From NCBI RefSeq assembly GCF_030144855.1, contig NC_082730.1:14446001-14510000 (forward strand): a stretch of DNA of 64,000 nt, read 5' to 3'. Source of the stretch: Hypanus sabinus. Lineage: Eukaryota. The notes beneath the pieces were generated by a model. It ran no database searches. It was not told the DNA's origin and was given only the letters and a program-made list of their open reading frames with translations. The translations under genes and the position numbers were made by a program. Of this stretch, positions 1-10,745 are shown one piece after another (the first letter of the stretch is position 1; the number at the start of each line of letters is the position of its first letter).

Positions 1-3000
1 GCTCTGAATGTATCTTAATAATTATACTATAAAGTTTGGAAATAAGCCCTTTTTGAAAGGGTCTAATTCAAATAAACTCTCCAAAATATCTGAAGGCACA
101 AAATTTGGAAACGTAGGAAGTACAGTACTTAAAAAATGCCTAATCTGTAAATATCTAAAAAAATGAAATCTAGGCAAATTATATTTATTGGATAATTGCT
201 CAAAAGCCATAAAACAATTGTCCAAAAATAAATCAGAAGATCTTAGCAATCCCTTAGTTTTCCAAGCCGAATGAGCTTGATCTATAATGGAAGGGTGGAA
301 AAAGCAATTAGATACAATAGGACTATTTAAAACGAATTGAGTCAACCCAAAAAATTTCCAAAATTGAAACCATATACGTAAAGTATGTTTAACTACCGGG
401 TTTTCAATTCGTTTCGGCAATTTAGAAAGGACAAAAGGGAGAGAAGTCCCTAAAATAGAACCCAGAGCATAACCTGATACAGATTTAATTTCTAAACTCA
501 CCCAATGAGGGTCAAAAGATCCACCCTAGTCTTTCAACCAACATAACAAATATCTAATATTAACTGCCCAATAATAAAATCTGAAATTAGGTAATGCTAA
601 CCCACCTTCCTTCTTTGTCTTCTGTAAATATATTTTACCTAGCTGGGATTTTTATTCTGCCATATATATGAGGAAATTTTTGAATCAACATTAGTAAAAA
701 AAGATTTTGGAATAAAAATTGGTACCGCTTGAAAAATATATAAGAACTTAGGTAAAACAACCATCTTAATAGCATTAATACTGCCTATTAGAGATAGAGA
801 TAATGGTGACCACTTAGTAAACAAGCCTTTAATCTGATCAATTAAGGGTAAAAAATTAAACCTAAATAAATCTTTATGGTTTTTTGTGATTTTGATCCCT
901 AAATAAATAAAAGAGTCATTAACTAATTTAAAAGGTAAATTTCCATATATTGGGACCTGTCTGTTCAAATGAAACAATTCACTCTTATTAAGATTTAACT
1001 TATACCCAGAAAACTCACTAAATTGAGACAACAATGATAAAACTGCAGGAATAGGTTTCTCAGGATTAGAAATGTATAATAATAAATCATCTGCATACAA
1101 AGATAACTTATGAATGTCTGTCCCACGATTAATACCCAAAATATCATGTGATTTTCTGATGGCAATTGCCAAAGGTTCTGAAGCAATGTTAAATAGTAAT
1201 GGACTGAGGACATCCTTGTCTTGTGCCCCGAAATAGGCGAAAAAAGGGAGATCTGTGATTATTATTAAACACTGAGGCTACTGGAGTGTGATAAATCAAT
1301 TTTATCCAAGAAAGGAATGTCGGACTAAAATTAAACTTCTCCAACACATTAAATAAGTAAGGCCATTCAACTCTATCAAATGCTTTCTCCGCATCTAATG
1401 AAATCACGCATTCTGAAGTGCAATGTGAGGGAGTATAAATGATATTCAGTAATCTCCTAACATTGAAAAAAGAATAGCGATATTTAATAAAACCTGTTTG
1501 ATCTTCTGAAATAATTTTGCATAATACCTTCTCCAATCTGGATGCCAGTAACTTGGAAAAAATCTTGGAGTCTACATTCAATAAAGATATTTGTCTATAG
1601 GATGCACATTCAGTAGAGTCTTTATCTTTCTTCAATATTAGAGAAATGGAAGCTCTATAAAAAGATTGTGGCAAATTCCCCAATCTAATTGCTTCCTCAA
1701 AAACCCTACATAACCAAGGAGAAAGAGTAGCGGAAAAACATTTAAAAAATTCTACTGTATACCCATCTGGACCTGGTGCTTTCCCAGAATTCATTGAGGA
1801 AATAACCCCTTTAATTTCTACGTCCATAATAGGAGTATCTAATATTGAAAGATCATCGGATGATAATCTTGGGAAATTTAATTTCCCAAGAAAATCACAC
1901 AAGGTATTACGATCCTGAGGGAATTCAGATTGATACAGGGAGGTATAAAAGTCTTGAAATGCCTTATTTATCTCATCATGGTTAACTGTCAAATTCTCAT
2001 TCTGCTGACGAATCTTAGTGATTTGACGTTTAACCGAAGCATTCTTCAACTGACTAGCTAACAGTTTACCTGATTTATCACTATGTGTATAAAAATCAGA
2101 TCTGGTTTTCATTAATTGATTTTCAATCGGAGATGTAAGTAATAAACTACGTTCCATTTGAAGTTCAACCCTTTGTTTGTAAAGCTCCTTACTAGGAGTG
2201 ATCGAATATTTCTTATCAATCTCTTTAACTTTATCGACCAATAAAAGAGTTTCCTTCTTAATGCGTTTTCTCAAACCAACGGAATAAGAGATAATCTATC
2301 CACATATATACACTTTAAAAGTGTCCCAAAGTGTTCCACAAGAGATATCATCCATGGAATTAGTTGAAAAGAAGGGATTGATTTGTTCCTTCATAAATTT
2401 AATAAAGTCCGGGTCCTGCAGTAAAGTAGAGTCAAATCGCCATTGTCTGGCATTAGAAACTGTAAGCGTAAATTTAATAGAAAGTTTTAATGGAGCATGG
2501 TCAGAGATAGCTATAATATCGTAATTACAACCGATTACCGATGGAATAAAACAAGAGTCAATAAAAAAAAAATCAATTCTCGAATAAGAATGATAAACAT
2601 GTGAGAGAAAAGAAAACTCTTTGTCGTTAGGATGCCGAAATCTCCAAACATCAAAAACTCCATTATCAGTCAAAAAGGAGTTAATACAAGTGGCCAACTT
2701 ATTGGGTAAAGTCTGAATAGATAAAGATTTATCCATCAAAGGATTTAAACAACAATTAAAGTCACCACCCATTATTAACTTATATTCATTTAGATTGGGT
2801 AAAGAAGTAAATAAGGACTTAAAAAATCAGGACAATCCACATTTGGAGCATAAACATTAACCAAAGCAACCTTTTTATTACAAAGTAAACCCATAACTAA
2901 CAAAAATCTACCATTCAGATCTGAAAAGATATCGTGTTGAACAAATGCAATAGAGGAGTCAATAAAAATTGAAACTCCTTTTACTTTGGCATTCAAATTT

Positions 3001-3967
3001 GCATGATACTGTTGACCCCGCCAAAACCTAAAAAAGCAAAATTTGTCCTCCTTCCTCACATGAGTTTCTTGTACGAAAATGATATGAGCATTAAGTCTTT
3101 GGAATACTTTGAAAATCTTCTTTCATTTAATCGGATGATTTAAACCATTAGTATTCCAAGACACAAAATTAATGGTCTGAGCCATAATTCTAAAATCAAC
3201 CCTTTGGTATAGAAAGAGTTAACCAACTTGTAAACTCATGCACCCGGAAGAGGAACAAAAATAAAAAGTGGACCCGGAAGTGACGACAATGCAGACATAT
3301 TTGAAGTTCAAAAACAGCCCAAATGAGAAAACTAAAACAAACTGGTGAAACGAAAATAAAATTAGAAAACAAACAAAACCCCACCCCTCTCTGAAAAAGA
3401 AAAAAAAACACCAAGATATGGGGAGAAAAAGGAAAAAATGAGATCAACTCAACCCCCATGTCAGCGGAAGACCACTCTGTATATAAAGAATATATATATA
3501 TTTAAAAAAAAAACCCACTTTAAAAATTAAAGTCGCTATACTAAAAACCATACCTCTAAATATAGTTAGTTGTAAAAAATAAGAATATAGTCACTAAAAG
3601 CTTATAAATTGGGCTACGGCCCAGACAAAACAAAAAATATTTAAGCAATGATAAGTGATGCATTGTAGGAAGAAGACGAGAGAAAAAAAAATAACGCCAT
3701 CTTAAACAAAACCAAAGGTATTTTTCAAAAAAACACCATCTTAATCAAAAACAATGGCTTGCTTCTTTCCGTTACCGTTCGGATTGTGCCCGGGTTCTCA
3801 TCCTTTAGACCTAAGAAACATGTCTGTTTGCATATCTTCAAAAATTCATGACAAACTCTTACATGTAAGTTCAAAAAAAAATAGCAAAGAAACTTTCAGT
3901 GTAGGTAAAAATAATCTGGATGAGGGTGATCAAAGGTTAAAAAAAAGTAAAGGTTATGGAGCGAATA
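1..3967 (-). mobile_element. L1-clade LINE, 5'-truncated and inactive; ORF2 (APE endonuclease and RT) broken by frameshifts; 3' end lies outside the window
   Basis: ORF2 ATG at 3185 (MAQTINFVSWNTNGL). EN motifs GGDFN and SRIDFF...SDHAPL. RT motifs APGPDG, SLDAEKAFDRVEW, GTRQGCP and YADD (1086-1097). Split across ORFs 2790-3059, 2296-2772, 1189-2274, 639-1172 and 22-501. No ORF1 in the ~780 bp upstream of ORF2. Confidence 0.95.
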
Positions 3968-4140
3968 CAAGGGTTTTCTTTAGCTGCTCCGTTTTCATCC
4001 CACAGTCTAAAGAAGTACCGGTTGGTGGATTAATTAGTTATTGAAAATTGTCCAGTGTTTGGGCTAGGGTTAAATCTGGGGAAGCTGGGCAGCCGGGCTT
4101 GAAGGGCTAGATAAGCCAATTCCACCATACATCTCAATAA
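3968..4140 (+). mobile_element. 3' half of an HE1-like tRNA-derived SINE, split by the L1 insertion
   Basis: Body 'gctgctccgttttcatcccacagtctaaagaagtaccggttggtggattaatt' and CR1-like tail 'gaagggc...catacatctcaataaata'. The matching 5' half is visible at 55295-55412 in the second copy. Confidence 0.75.
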
Positions 4141-4160
4141 ATAGATAGATAGATAGATAG
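4141..4160 (+). repeat. (ATAG)5 microsatellite at the SINE tail
   Basis: Read directly. The paralog at 60598-60629 has 8 units, one of them GTAG. Confidence 0.9.
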
Positions 4161-4169
4161 ACAATGAAA

Positions 4170-5660
4170 GAATGACTAAATAAATGTAACTGGGACTGGA
4201 GTGTTTAAGCTGTGGGCTGTAGTTGGACAATCTTGGTGTGTTTTCGCTGCAGAGTTAGAGGCAATAATTTGAAATGATAATGTAGGTGGCATGATTAATA
4301 GGTTGCAGATGACACTGTAGCGTGGTGGACAGTGGAGAAATTCATCAAAGTTTACAATGGGATCTGGTAAATAAACCATATTCAGCCGTATTACTCTGTG
4401 CTAGCAGGATCCACACACCCGAGCCTGTCCCATCTTGCTACATTTAATTCATCTCCCTCTCTTCACTACTACCACCAGATGGGAGATGGTGGAGTCTTGG
4501 GTCCCACAGCACTGGCTCCAAGATTAGTTTCACTCAAGTCAGCTCAACGAAACGGATTCACTTTCGTGGACTCTGCGACTCATGTTCTGTGTACTGTTCA
4601 TTCTGTATGATGTGGTGGGGGGTATAAGAGACTAGAGGCACACACTGCCAGATTCTTTAGCAGTTGTTGCCCTGTAGCCTTCGGGCTCTAGGACTAGGCT
4701 TCACTCATCTTAGCACTGAACTAACTCCATAGCTGTTGAATCGCCTTCAGGGATTTGCGACTCATGTTCCATGTACTATTTGTTTACATATTTTTAGTAT
4801 TTGCTTCATTCATCCTCTTTTGCACATTGCATGATTGTCAGTCTTTACTGTGTGTGGTTTGTCATGCATTCTATTGAGTTTCTTTGTTTTGGAGGCATCT
4901 GCAAAACGATGAATCTCCAAGTTGTTTATGGTGGTTGCACATCTCTCGACAATAAATTTACTTTGAACTTTGAAGTAGGGAAGTGGCCAAAGGAGTGGCT
5001 GATGGAATTGAATTCTCCCATTTTAGAGGGCCTGGAAAGGCAGTGTTTTCCACACAGAACAGTGTGTATGCAGAAAAGGCTGCCAGAAGAAATGCTTGAG
5101 GTGGGTACAAATACACCATTTAAAATAGATTTGGACAAGTTCTTGGCAGGACAACTTTAGAAGGATGTGGGCCAAATGCAGTGAAATGGGAGAAGCTCAG
5201 GAAGACACCGTGGACTTGGGCTGAATCTTCTGTTTCCATTACCTGTAACTCTCTGACTCTGCAGCATCCTCTCTAAACTAGAACACACTTTTGAAAGGTT
5301 AAATTCAGAATTCTATTCCATTGCATTGGTGTGACAACTTTTGGAATAGCATCTAATCAGTCAATTTCAAAGTTTAAAGTACATATATTACCAAAGTATG
5401 TACAGTATTCTATATACAGCCTTGAGGTTTGTCCCCTGACAGACAACCACAAAGCAACAAAACCAAATAGAACCCATGAAATAAACGGTCAAACACTCAA
5501 TGTGCAGGGAAAAAAACTGATGCAAACCATAAAAGTAAGCAAATTATATTCAGAACTGAAATTCATGAAAGTGAGTCACAGACACAAAACTAGTCATCAC
5601 TGCAGCCGATTCAGGACCCCTTTGATTCCAGGTCGCAGACTCAGTTCAGGACAGAGATAA
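4170..5660. mobile_element. Mosaic of degraded LINE fragments (CR1 RT and 3' pieces, LINE tails)
   Basis: 'ggcatgattaataggttgcagatgacac' resembles CR1 (K)FADDT; 'aataaatttactttgaactttgaa' tail; CR1 3' ORF2-like text at 4975-5270. Confidence 0.6.
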
Positions 5661-6508
5661 GTCAGCCTTGCAGTGTTTCAAGCTGAACACGGGCCTGTCT
5701 CTTGCATACAACATGCATTTCTGTACTCTTGAAATTCTAAAGCTAATGATGACCGTAAGACATCAGAGCAGAATTAGGCCATTTGCCCCATACAGTCTGC
5801 TCTGCCATTCCATCATGGCTCATTTATTATTCCTCTCAACCCAAAACACCTGCCAACTCCCACAACATTTCACACTCTTACTGATTAACAAATTATCGAG
5901 CTTTACTTTACTTTAAATATATCTTCTTCAGTGACAAATTAAGCAAACTACTGAATAAGTTCATCCTCCATTTCTTTGTCCCTCATTATTAATTCTTCAG
6001 CATCATTACCCAGTTATCTGATATCCACTCTTGCTTCTCATTTACTATTCATATATCTGAAATTATTTTATATTGTTGGCTAGTTTTACTTCATATTTCA
6101 TCTTTTCGCTCCTTATGGTTTTCCTTGCTGCCTTCTGTTGTTTTTGAAAAGCTTCCTTAACAAAATTTTTTGCTGTATCTGATGTCCTTCCTTCTGCTTT
6201 TATGGCAGTGTCGCTGTCTCACAACTCAACACGCATTCCAGCACCTTCAATGCAGAAGCCAGCTGTATGAATGGAATGCTCTCAATCTGTCTGGATGTGC
6301 AAGTCCAACTGTGTTTGAGGTGTTCCACATGTTCCTGGAAGAAGTGACAGTCTTAACTGTTCTCTGCAGTTTATTTCTACCCCATGGAGGCTGCAATGTG
6401 TAGCTTCTACAAATGCAAAGAAATTCCTTACCCTCACTAGAAGAGCAGCAGTAACAGAGTAACAAAAAGAAATATTTAAGTGTATCCTCACTTGAAATTT
6501 GAACTTAC

Positions 6509-6829
6509 CAGTGTCATTGTTTTTCGGTTCATAATGACAGAACGTTCCATTGTTGAAGATTGTTACATCTACCATTCCACTGGATTTTTTTCCAAGGCTA
6601 TTTGAGGCTCTGCAGTAATATTCATGGGTCTGCTTGTCTGAGGGTTGACAAGGTAGAACCAGTTCATTGGTGTCTGAGTTCTTTCGGTCCACAATTGAGT
6701 TTTTTACATGCCATGAGTACTGAATGGGAAGGGATCCTTGGAGAGACTCACAGGTCACTAACACTGAGGCCCTGAGATGTGAGACACTTGCTGGTGATGA
6801 ATATCGAAGCACAGGAACAGACACAGGTT
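6509..6829 (-). CDS. Receptor gene 1, exon 3: C2-type Ig domain (C2a)
   Basis: Acceptor cctttccacag|AA, donor G|gtaagt, 321 nt, phase 1-1. EPVSVPVLRY...VTCESLQGSLPIQYSW...YYCRASNSLG...NNGTFCHYEPKNNDT has the canonical C-W-YxC pattern. Confidence 0.92.
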
Positions 6830-6884
6830 CTGTGGAAAGGAATTCAACAATCAGGCACTGAATAAACACCTGAAAATCAAGTAC

Positions 6885-7448
6885 TCTACTGACAGTTTAT
6901 TAGGTACACCTGCTCACCTGCTTGTTAATGCAAGTCCCTAATTACTCTATCATCTGGCAGCAACACAGTCCATAAAAGCATGCAGACATCATCAAAAGGT
7001 TCAGATATTGTTCAGGCAGAACATCAGAATGGGGAGGAAATGTGATCTTAGTGACCTTGACCATGGAATGATACTTGGTTCCAGAAGGGGAGATTTGTGT
7101 ATCTCAGAAAATGTTGATCTCCTGGGATTGTCATGTACAACAGTCTCTGGAGATTAAAGAGAATGGTGTGAGAAACAAAAAATATCCCGTGAGCAGCAAT
7201 TATGTGAATAAAATACCTTGTTAATGAGGGCGGTCAGAGAAGAATGGCCAGATTGGTTCGAGCTGATAGAAAGATGACAGGAACACAAATAACCATGTTT
7301 TATGACAGTGTTGTGCAGAAGAGCATCTGAACACACAACACATTGAACCTTGAAATGAATTGGACATAGCAGCAGAAGACCATAAAGATACACTCAGTGG
7401 CCACTTGGTTAGGCATAAGAGGTTCCTAATGAAATGGCCACTGAGTGT
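6885..7448 (+). mobile_element. Tc1-like DNA transposon, deletion derivative encoding the transposase N-terminus
   Basis: ATG at 7029 gives MGRKCDLSDLDHGMILGSRRGDLCISENVDLLGLS...GQRRMARLVRADRK with stops. Ends in a 14-bp inverted repeat, acactcagtggcca (7390-7403) / tggccactgagtgt (7435-7448). Confidence 0.85.
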
Positions 7449-7822
7449 TTAAAGACACAACTTGTGAGTTATCCGTCAAATGTTTGGGAGGCTTTCAGGA
7501 GAAAATGAAATCATGACTGGGTTCAGTAACCTGCTGTAGAGACGGAAACATTTGGCACTGATATTAATGCAGAGAGAGTGAAGGATGGACAGGGTCTGGA
7601 TAAAGATCTCGTAATCTGTGCTGAGACAGAGCAGAAGGAGGAGGAGATTGCTGTTCTTCAGACACATCCACGAGATTGGCATTTCTCCACTGTACAAGCT
7701 TAACCCTGAGATCAGCACATCGTCTCTCCCCAGGACATCTAATGCACTGATCCTTCCCAGAGGAAACATGGATGAGACATTTACTTTATGGAAGGCAGAA
7801 AGTCAATCCCTGAGAAACCTAC

Positions 7823-8143
7823 CATTAGATACTTGTAAATGTACATTAAACATCGGATCAGAACCTCGTGTTGTAATTCCACATCTGTACCATCCTGTAT
7901 CTCCAGAGTGAAGAACCTTCATAGTAACAGTAAATATTCCCTGTACCGACTTATCTGTGATTGACACTCGTCCACTCCGTCCGTGTTGCCCTTTTGTTTC
8001 CACTAAAACTGAACATAGGTTTGTCCATCCATGGCACCAATACTTTGCGTGCGAGCGGTACTTTGCTCCATAGTGACAATCGATTGTGATCGCTCTTCCC
8101 ACAACTCCTTTTACATATTTCTCTGCCCACAATGCACCTGAAA
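7823..8143 (-). CDS. Receptor gene 1, exon 2: V-type Ig domain of the CD300/TREM/pIgR type
   Basis: Acceptor ctctctcag| at 8143 (alternative tttcag| at 8137), donor G|gtagg, phase 1-1. VSGALWAEKYVKGVVGRAITIDCHY...KYWCHGWTNLCSVLV...DTGWYRCGI...VHLQVSN has four Cys, including the WC..C second-disulfide pair. Confidence 0.93.
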
Positions 8144-8304
8144 CTGAGAGAGGCATTTTCAGATTTGAGTTAAAAGGAACAACTGAGGTAAACAGACATC
8201 TTTGAACACGACTGTAAAAACATGTCCAGGTCACATTCAACACATGCAGCCCATGATGCCACAGCCAATGATTTTGGTGTGAAGTGCAATCAGTGCTGTT
8301 ACTG

Positions 8305-8415
8305 TGTCAGTGCTCTCTCCCCTGTGTCAGTACATTGTGGGTTCACTTCCCACTCCAGAGTCCTGAGCAGAAACCCAGGGCTGACCTTCCACTGCAGTAC
8401 TGAGGGAGAGCGGCA
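8305..8415 (+). mobile_element. Fragment of a Deu-domain SINE (SacSINE1/AmnSINE-like)
   Basis: 'gtgggttcacttcccactccagag...cagtactgagggag' resembles the DeuSINE 5' and core sequence as recalled; not aligned. Confidence 0.45.
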
Positions 8416-9154
8416 ATTCTGAGTTTTCAGTTAACACTGATCATGTTTGTATTTCATATGTACACAAAGATACCAGTTAACTTATTTGGGATGGATGGAG
8501 CTGCTGTACACAGAGATTTGTGTGTGTAAGTTTCTTGTATTTCAGGGTTGAGTCGGAGGTTGGTAGGATCATTTGAGGGTATGTTTTAATTCTCTCCATG
8601 ATGCCAATGACCTGAATCCTCCTCACTTACAGACAAGTTTATAAGCTGCAGAAAGAAACCCATCACAACGTTTGAAACTGTGACCTCCAGTTCTGATGGA
8701 AAGTTTATATTTTGTACCTGTCAAGAATTTCTATGTGTAGTTAGAAGGTGGTGCAACAGTGGTCGTAACCGCTTTAGTGTCTAGAAATCCAGGTGTGATT
8801 TCAGTTTCTGCTGGGATAAATTGAGAATTTAAATCTAATTAATTATTTCTGGAATTAAAAGCCACATGTCAATAATGATAATAATTGAATACCAGACTCT
8901 CAAAATCTCATCAAGATCAGAAAGACCTTTAAGCACAGACATCTCTCACCCCTCCCCACTCTGGTTTACCTTTGGCTGCATGTCTAGTAATGTTCTTTAC
9001 TAATTGCCCCACTGGAATGGCCCAGGAAAAACACTGATATCAAGAGAATAATGTCAATTTTCATAGTGATTCTTGCAAAGTGAGATCAGATTCCAGCAAT
9101 GGTAGTCCTGATGATTCCACTTAACAGCCTCCAGAACTTTTCTCCATCTGAACA

Positions 9155-9505
9155 TTTTCTTCCTGTTGCACAGACGTGGTGGTGGATCAAACCCAGGTGC
9201 TGAACACGGGCGCGGAGGCTGAGGAGGGAGACGCAGTTGTAGCGAGTGTGCGAAGGGTCCCAAGAGTGATTTTTCCCTGAGTCTTGGTCTTGGTAGATTA
9301 TTCCAGAACAAGGCTAGACTGAGAACTGATTGCTCTAAACACCATGGAGGGAGGTTACTTGTACACACGTTGATGAACAAACTGGCACCTTCTAGTACTG
9401 GTCACAGGACTCTTCGACTACTGTTTGATGGAATGCAGTTGTTCGTAATTATTGCAACCCGGGAATAGATTACGAACTAACAAGGTATTAAAGGCTAAAT
9501 TCATG
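9155..9505. mobile_element. GC/CpG-enriched insert in intron 1, possibly a solo-LTR-like remnant
   Basis: Abrupt compositional shift starting 'tgttgcaca'; no recognisable coding motif. Confidence 0.3.
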
Positions 9506-9514
9506 ACTAAGCCA

Positions 9515-9870
9515 GCCAGGTGCCAGAAGGGACCATGATACTTCCCCCACTTGGCTCCACATTATTCCCCTTTTCTCCTTTTCTGCTTCCACCTCTCACC
9601 CAGCTCCAAACTCCAACCCTTTTCCTCCTCATTCTACTTGCCTGTCGTGCTTCATCCCTCCTCAGTCCCGAGCACCTAGTGGACCCAGTCTCACGCCTCA
9701 CCCTCTCATATTTACACTGTCACCCTCTCCACTCACACCTGATGCAGGGTCTTGACCCAAATCATTGACAATTCCACTCCCACTGACAGAAGCTGCTTGA
9801 CCCACTGAGTTCCTCCAGGAGTGTACTCTCAACTCCAGTTTCTGACACCTTTCGTGTCTACAGATATTCA
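9515..9870. mobile_element. Penelope-like/SINE-like 3' terminal repeat fragment
   Basis: 'agggtcttgacccaaa...gctgcttgacccactgagttcctccag' motif; related copies at 11430-11520, 21130-21230, 21590-21650, 32560-32630 and 49460-49530. Confidence 0.5.
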
Positions 9871-9947
9871 AGTACTGTTCTGAAAATGGTGTACGATCCC
9901 CAAACCAACACTGATTATGCAAACGTCCAGAACAATTTGACACTCAC

Positions 9948-9987
9948 CAGGTAGGAAACCGATCAGGAGAATCAATGTCCACATCAT
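9948..9987 (-). CDS. Receptor gene 1, exon 1: signal peptide
   Basis: aaaATGATGTGGACATTGATTCTCCTGATCGGTTTCCTACCTG|gtgagt = MMWTLILLIGFLP. Phase-1 donor joins the V exon in frame (LP-VSGALW). A at the -3 Kozak position. Confidence 0.88.
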
Positions 9988-10039
9988 TTTACTTGCAGAG
10001 ACCCAGCCAGGACCTGTCTGTCCTCAGAGAGAAATAACT

Positions 10040-10115
10040 GTGAAATAAAAATGAGGAAGAAGGCAGCAGGAAATTTGATCAAAAAACAAAGGGTGACGCA
10101 ACCGGTGTGTGGTTC
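10040..10115 (-). promoter_or_regulatory. Candidate leukocyte-type proximal promoter of receptor gene 1
   Basis: Plus-strand aaaaatGAGGAAG (10053-10059, PU.1-like), CAGGAAAT (10067-10074, ETS), TGACGCAA (10094-10101, CRE or C/EBP-ATF-like) and TGTGGTT (10108-10114, RUNX), all 65-130 bp upstream of the ATG. Confidence 0.5.
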
Positions 10116-10374
10116 GTGAGAATCTGGAAAGCTTTTAGGTATATTTATCAAGATAGAAATACTTGAACAATATCTAAAGACTGAATGAAATGGTGAAAAG
10201 AGTTGAAATATTGGACACAAGCAACAGCAGATGTTCTAATCTGAAAGAACAGTAAAAGGCTGGAGGCATCCTGAAACGGGATTAATCTGAAATTTTGACA
10301 ACTCTGCCTCCACAGATCCCACATGCCTCCTGAGGTTCATCCAGAAGTTTTATTTTTTGCTTAAATTAAAATAT

Positions 10375-10745
10375 ACTCACTAGAGTTTAGCAGAATGAGG
10401 GGGGATGTCATTGAACTCGATTGAATATTGAAAGGCTTAGTGAGAGTGGATGTGGAGAGGATGTTTCTTGCAGTAAGTGAGTCTACTACCAAACAGCACA
10501 GCCTCAGAGTACATGAACATTCCTATAGAATAGAAATAAGGAAGAATTTCTTTAAACTTAGGGTGGTGAATCTGTGGAAATCACTGACACAGATGGTTGT
10601 GAAGGCCAAGTCATTGGATGTATTTAAAGTGGAGGTTGATAGGTTCTTGATTCGTAAATGCATCAAAGGATACAGGGGAAGGCAGGAGAATGGGGTCGAG
10701 AATGTTTAATTCTGAGCGCATGCCTTTTGGGTCTTATGGTCTTCT
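10375..10745 (+). mobile_element. CR1/HER1-like LINE 3' fragment
   Basis: ORF 10428-10709 (MKGLVRVDVERMF...FFKLRVVNLW) is the CR1 ORF2 C-terminus; 'cttatggtctt' tail. Confidence 0.8.
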
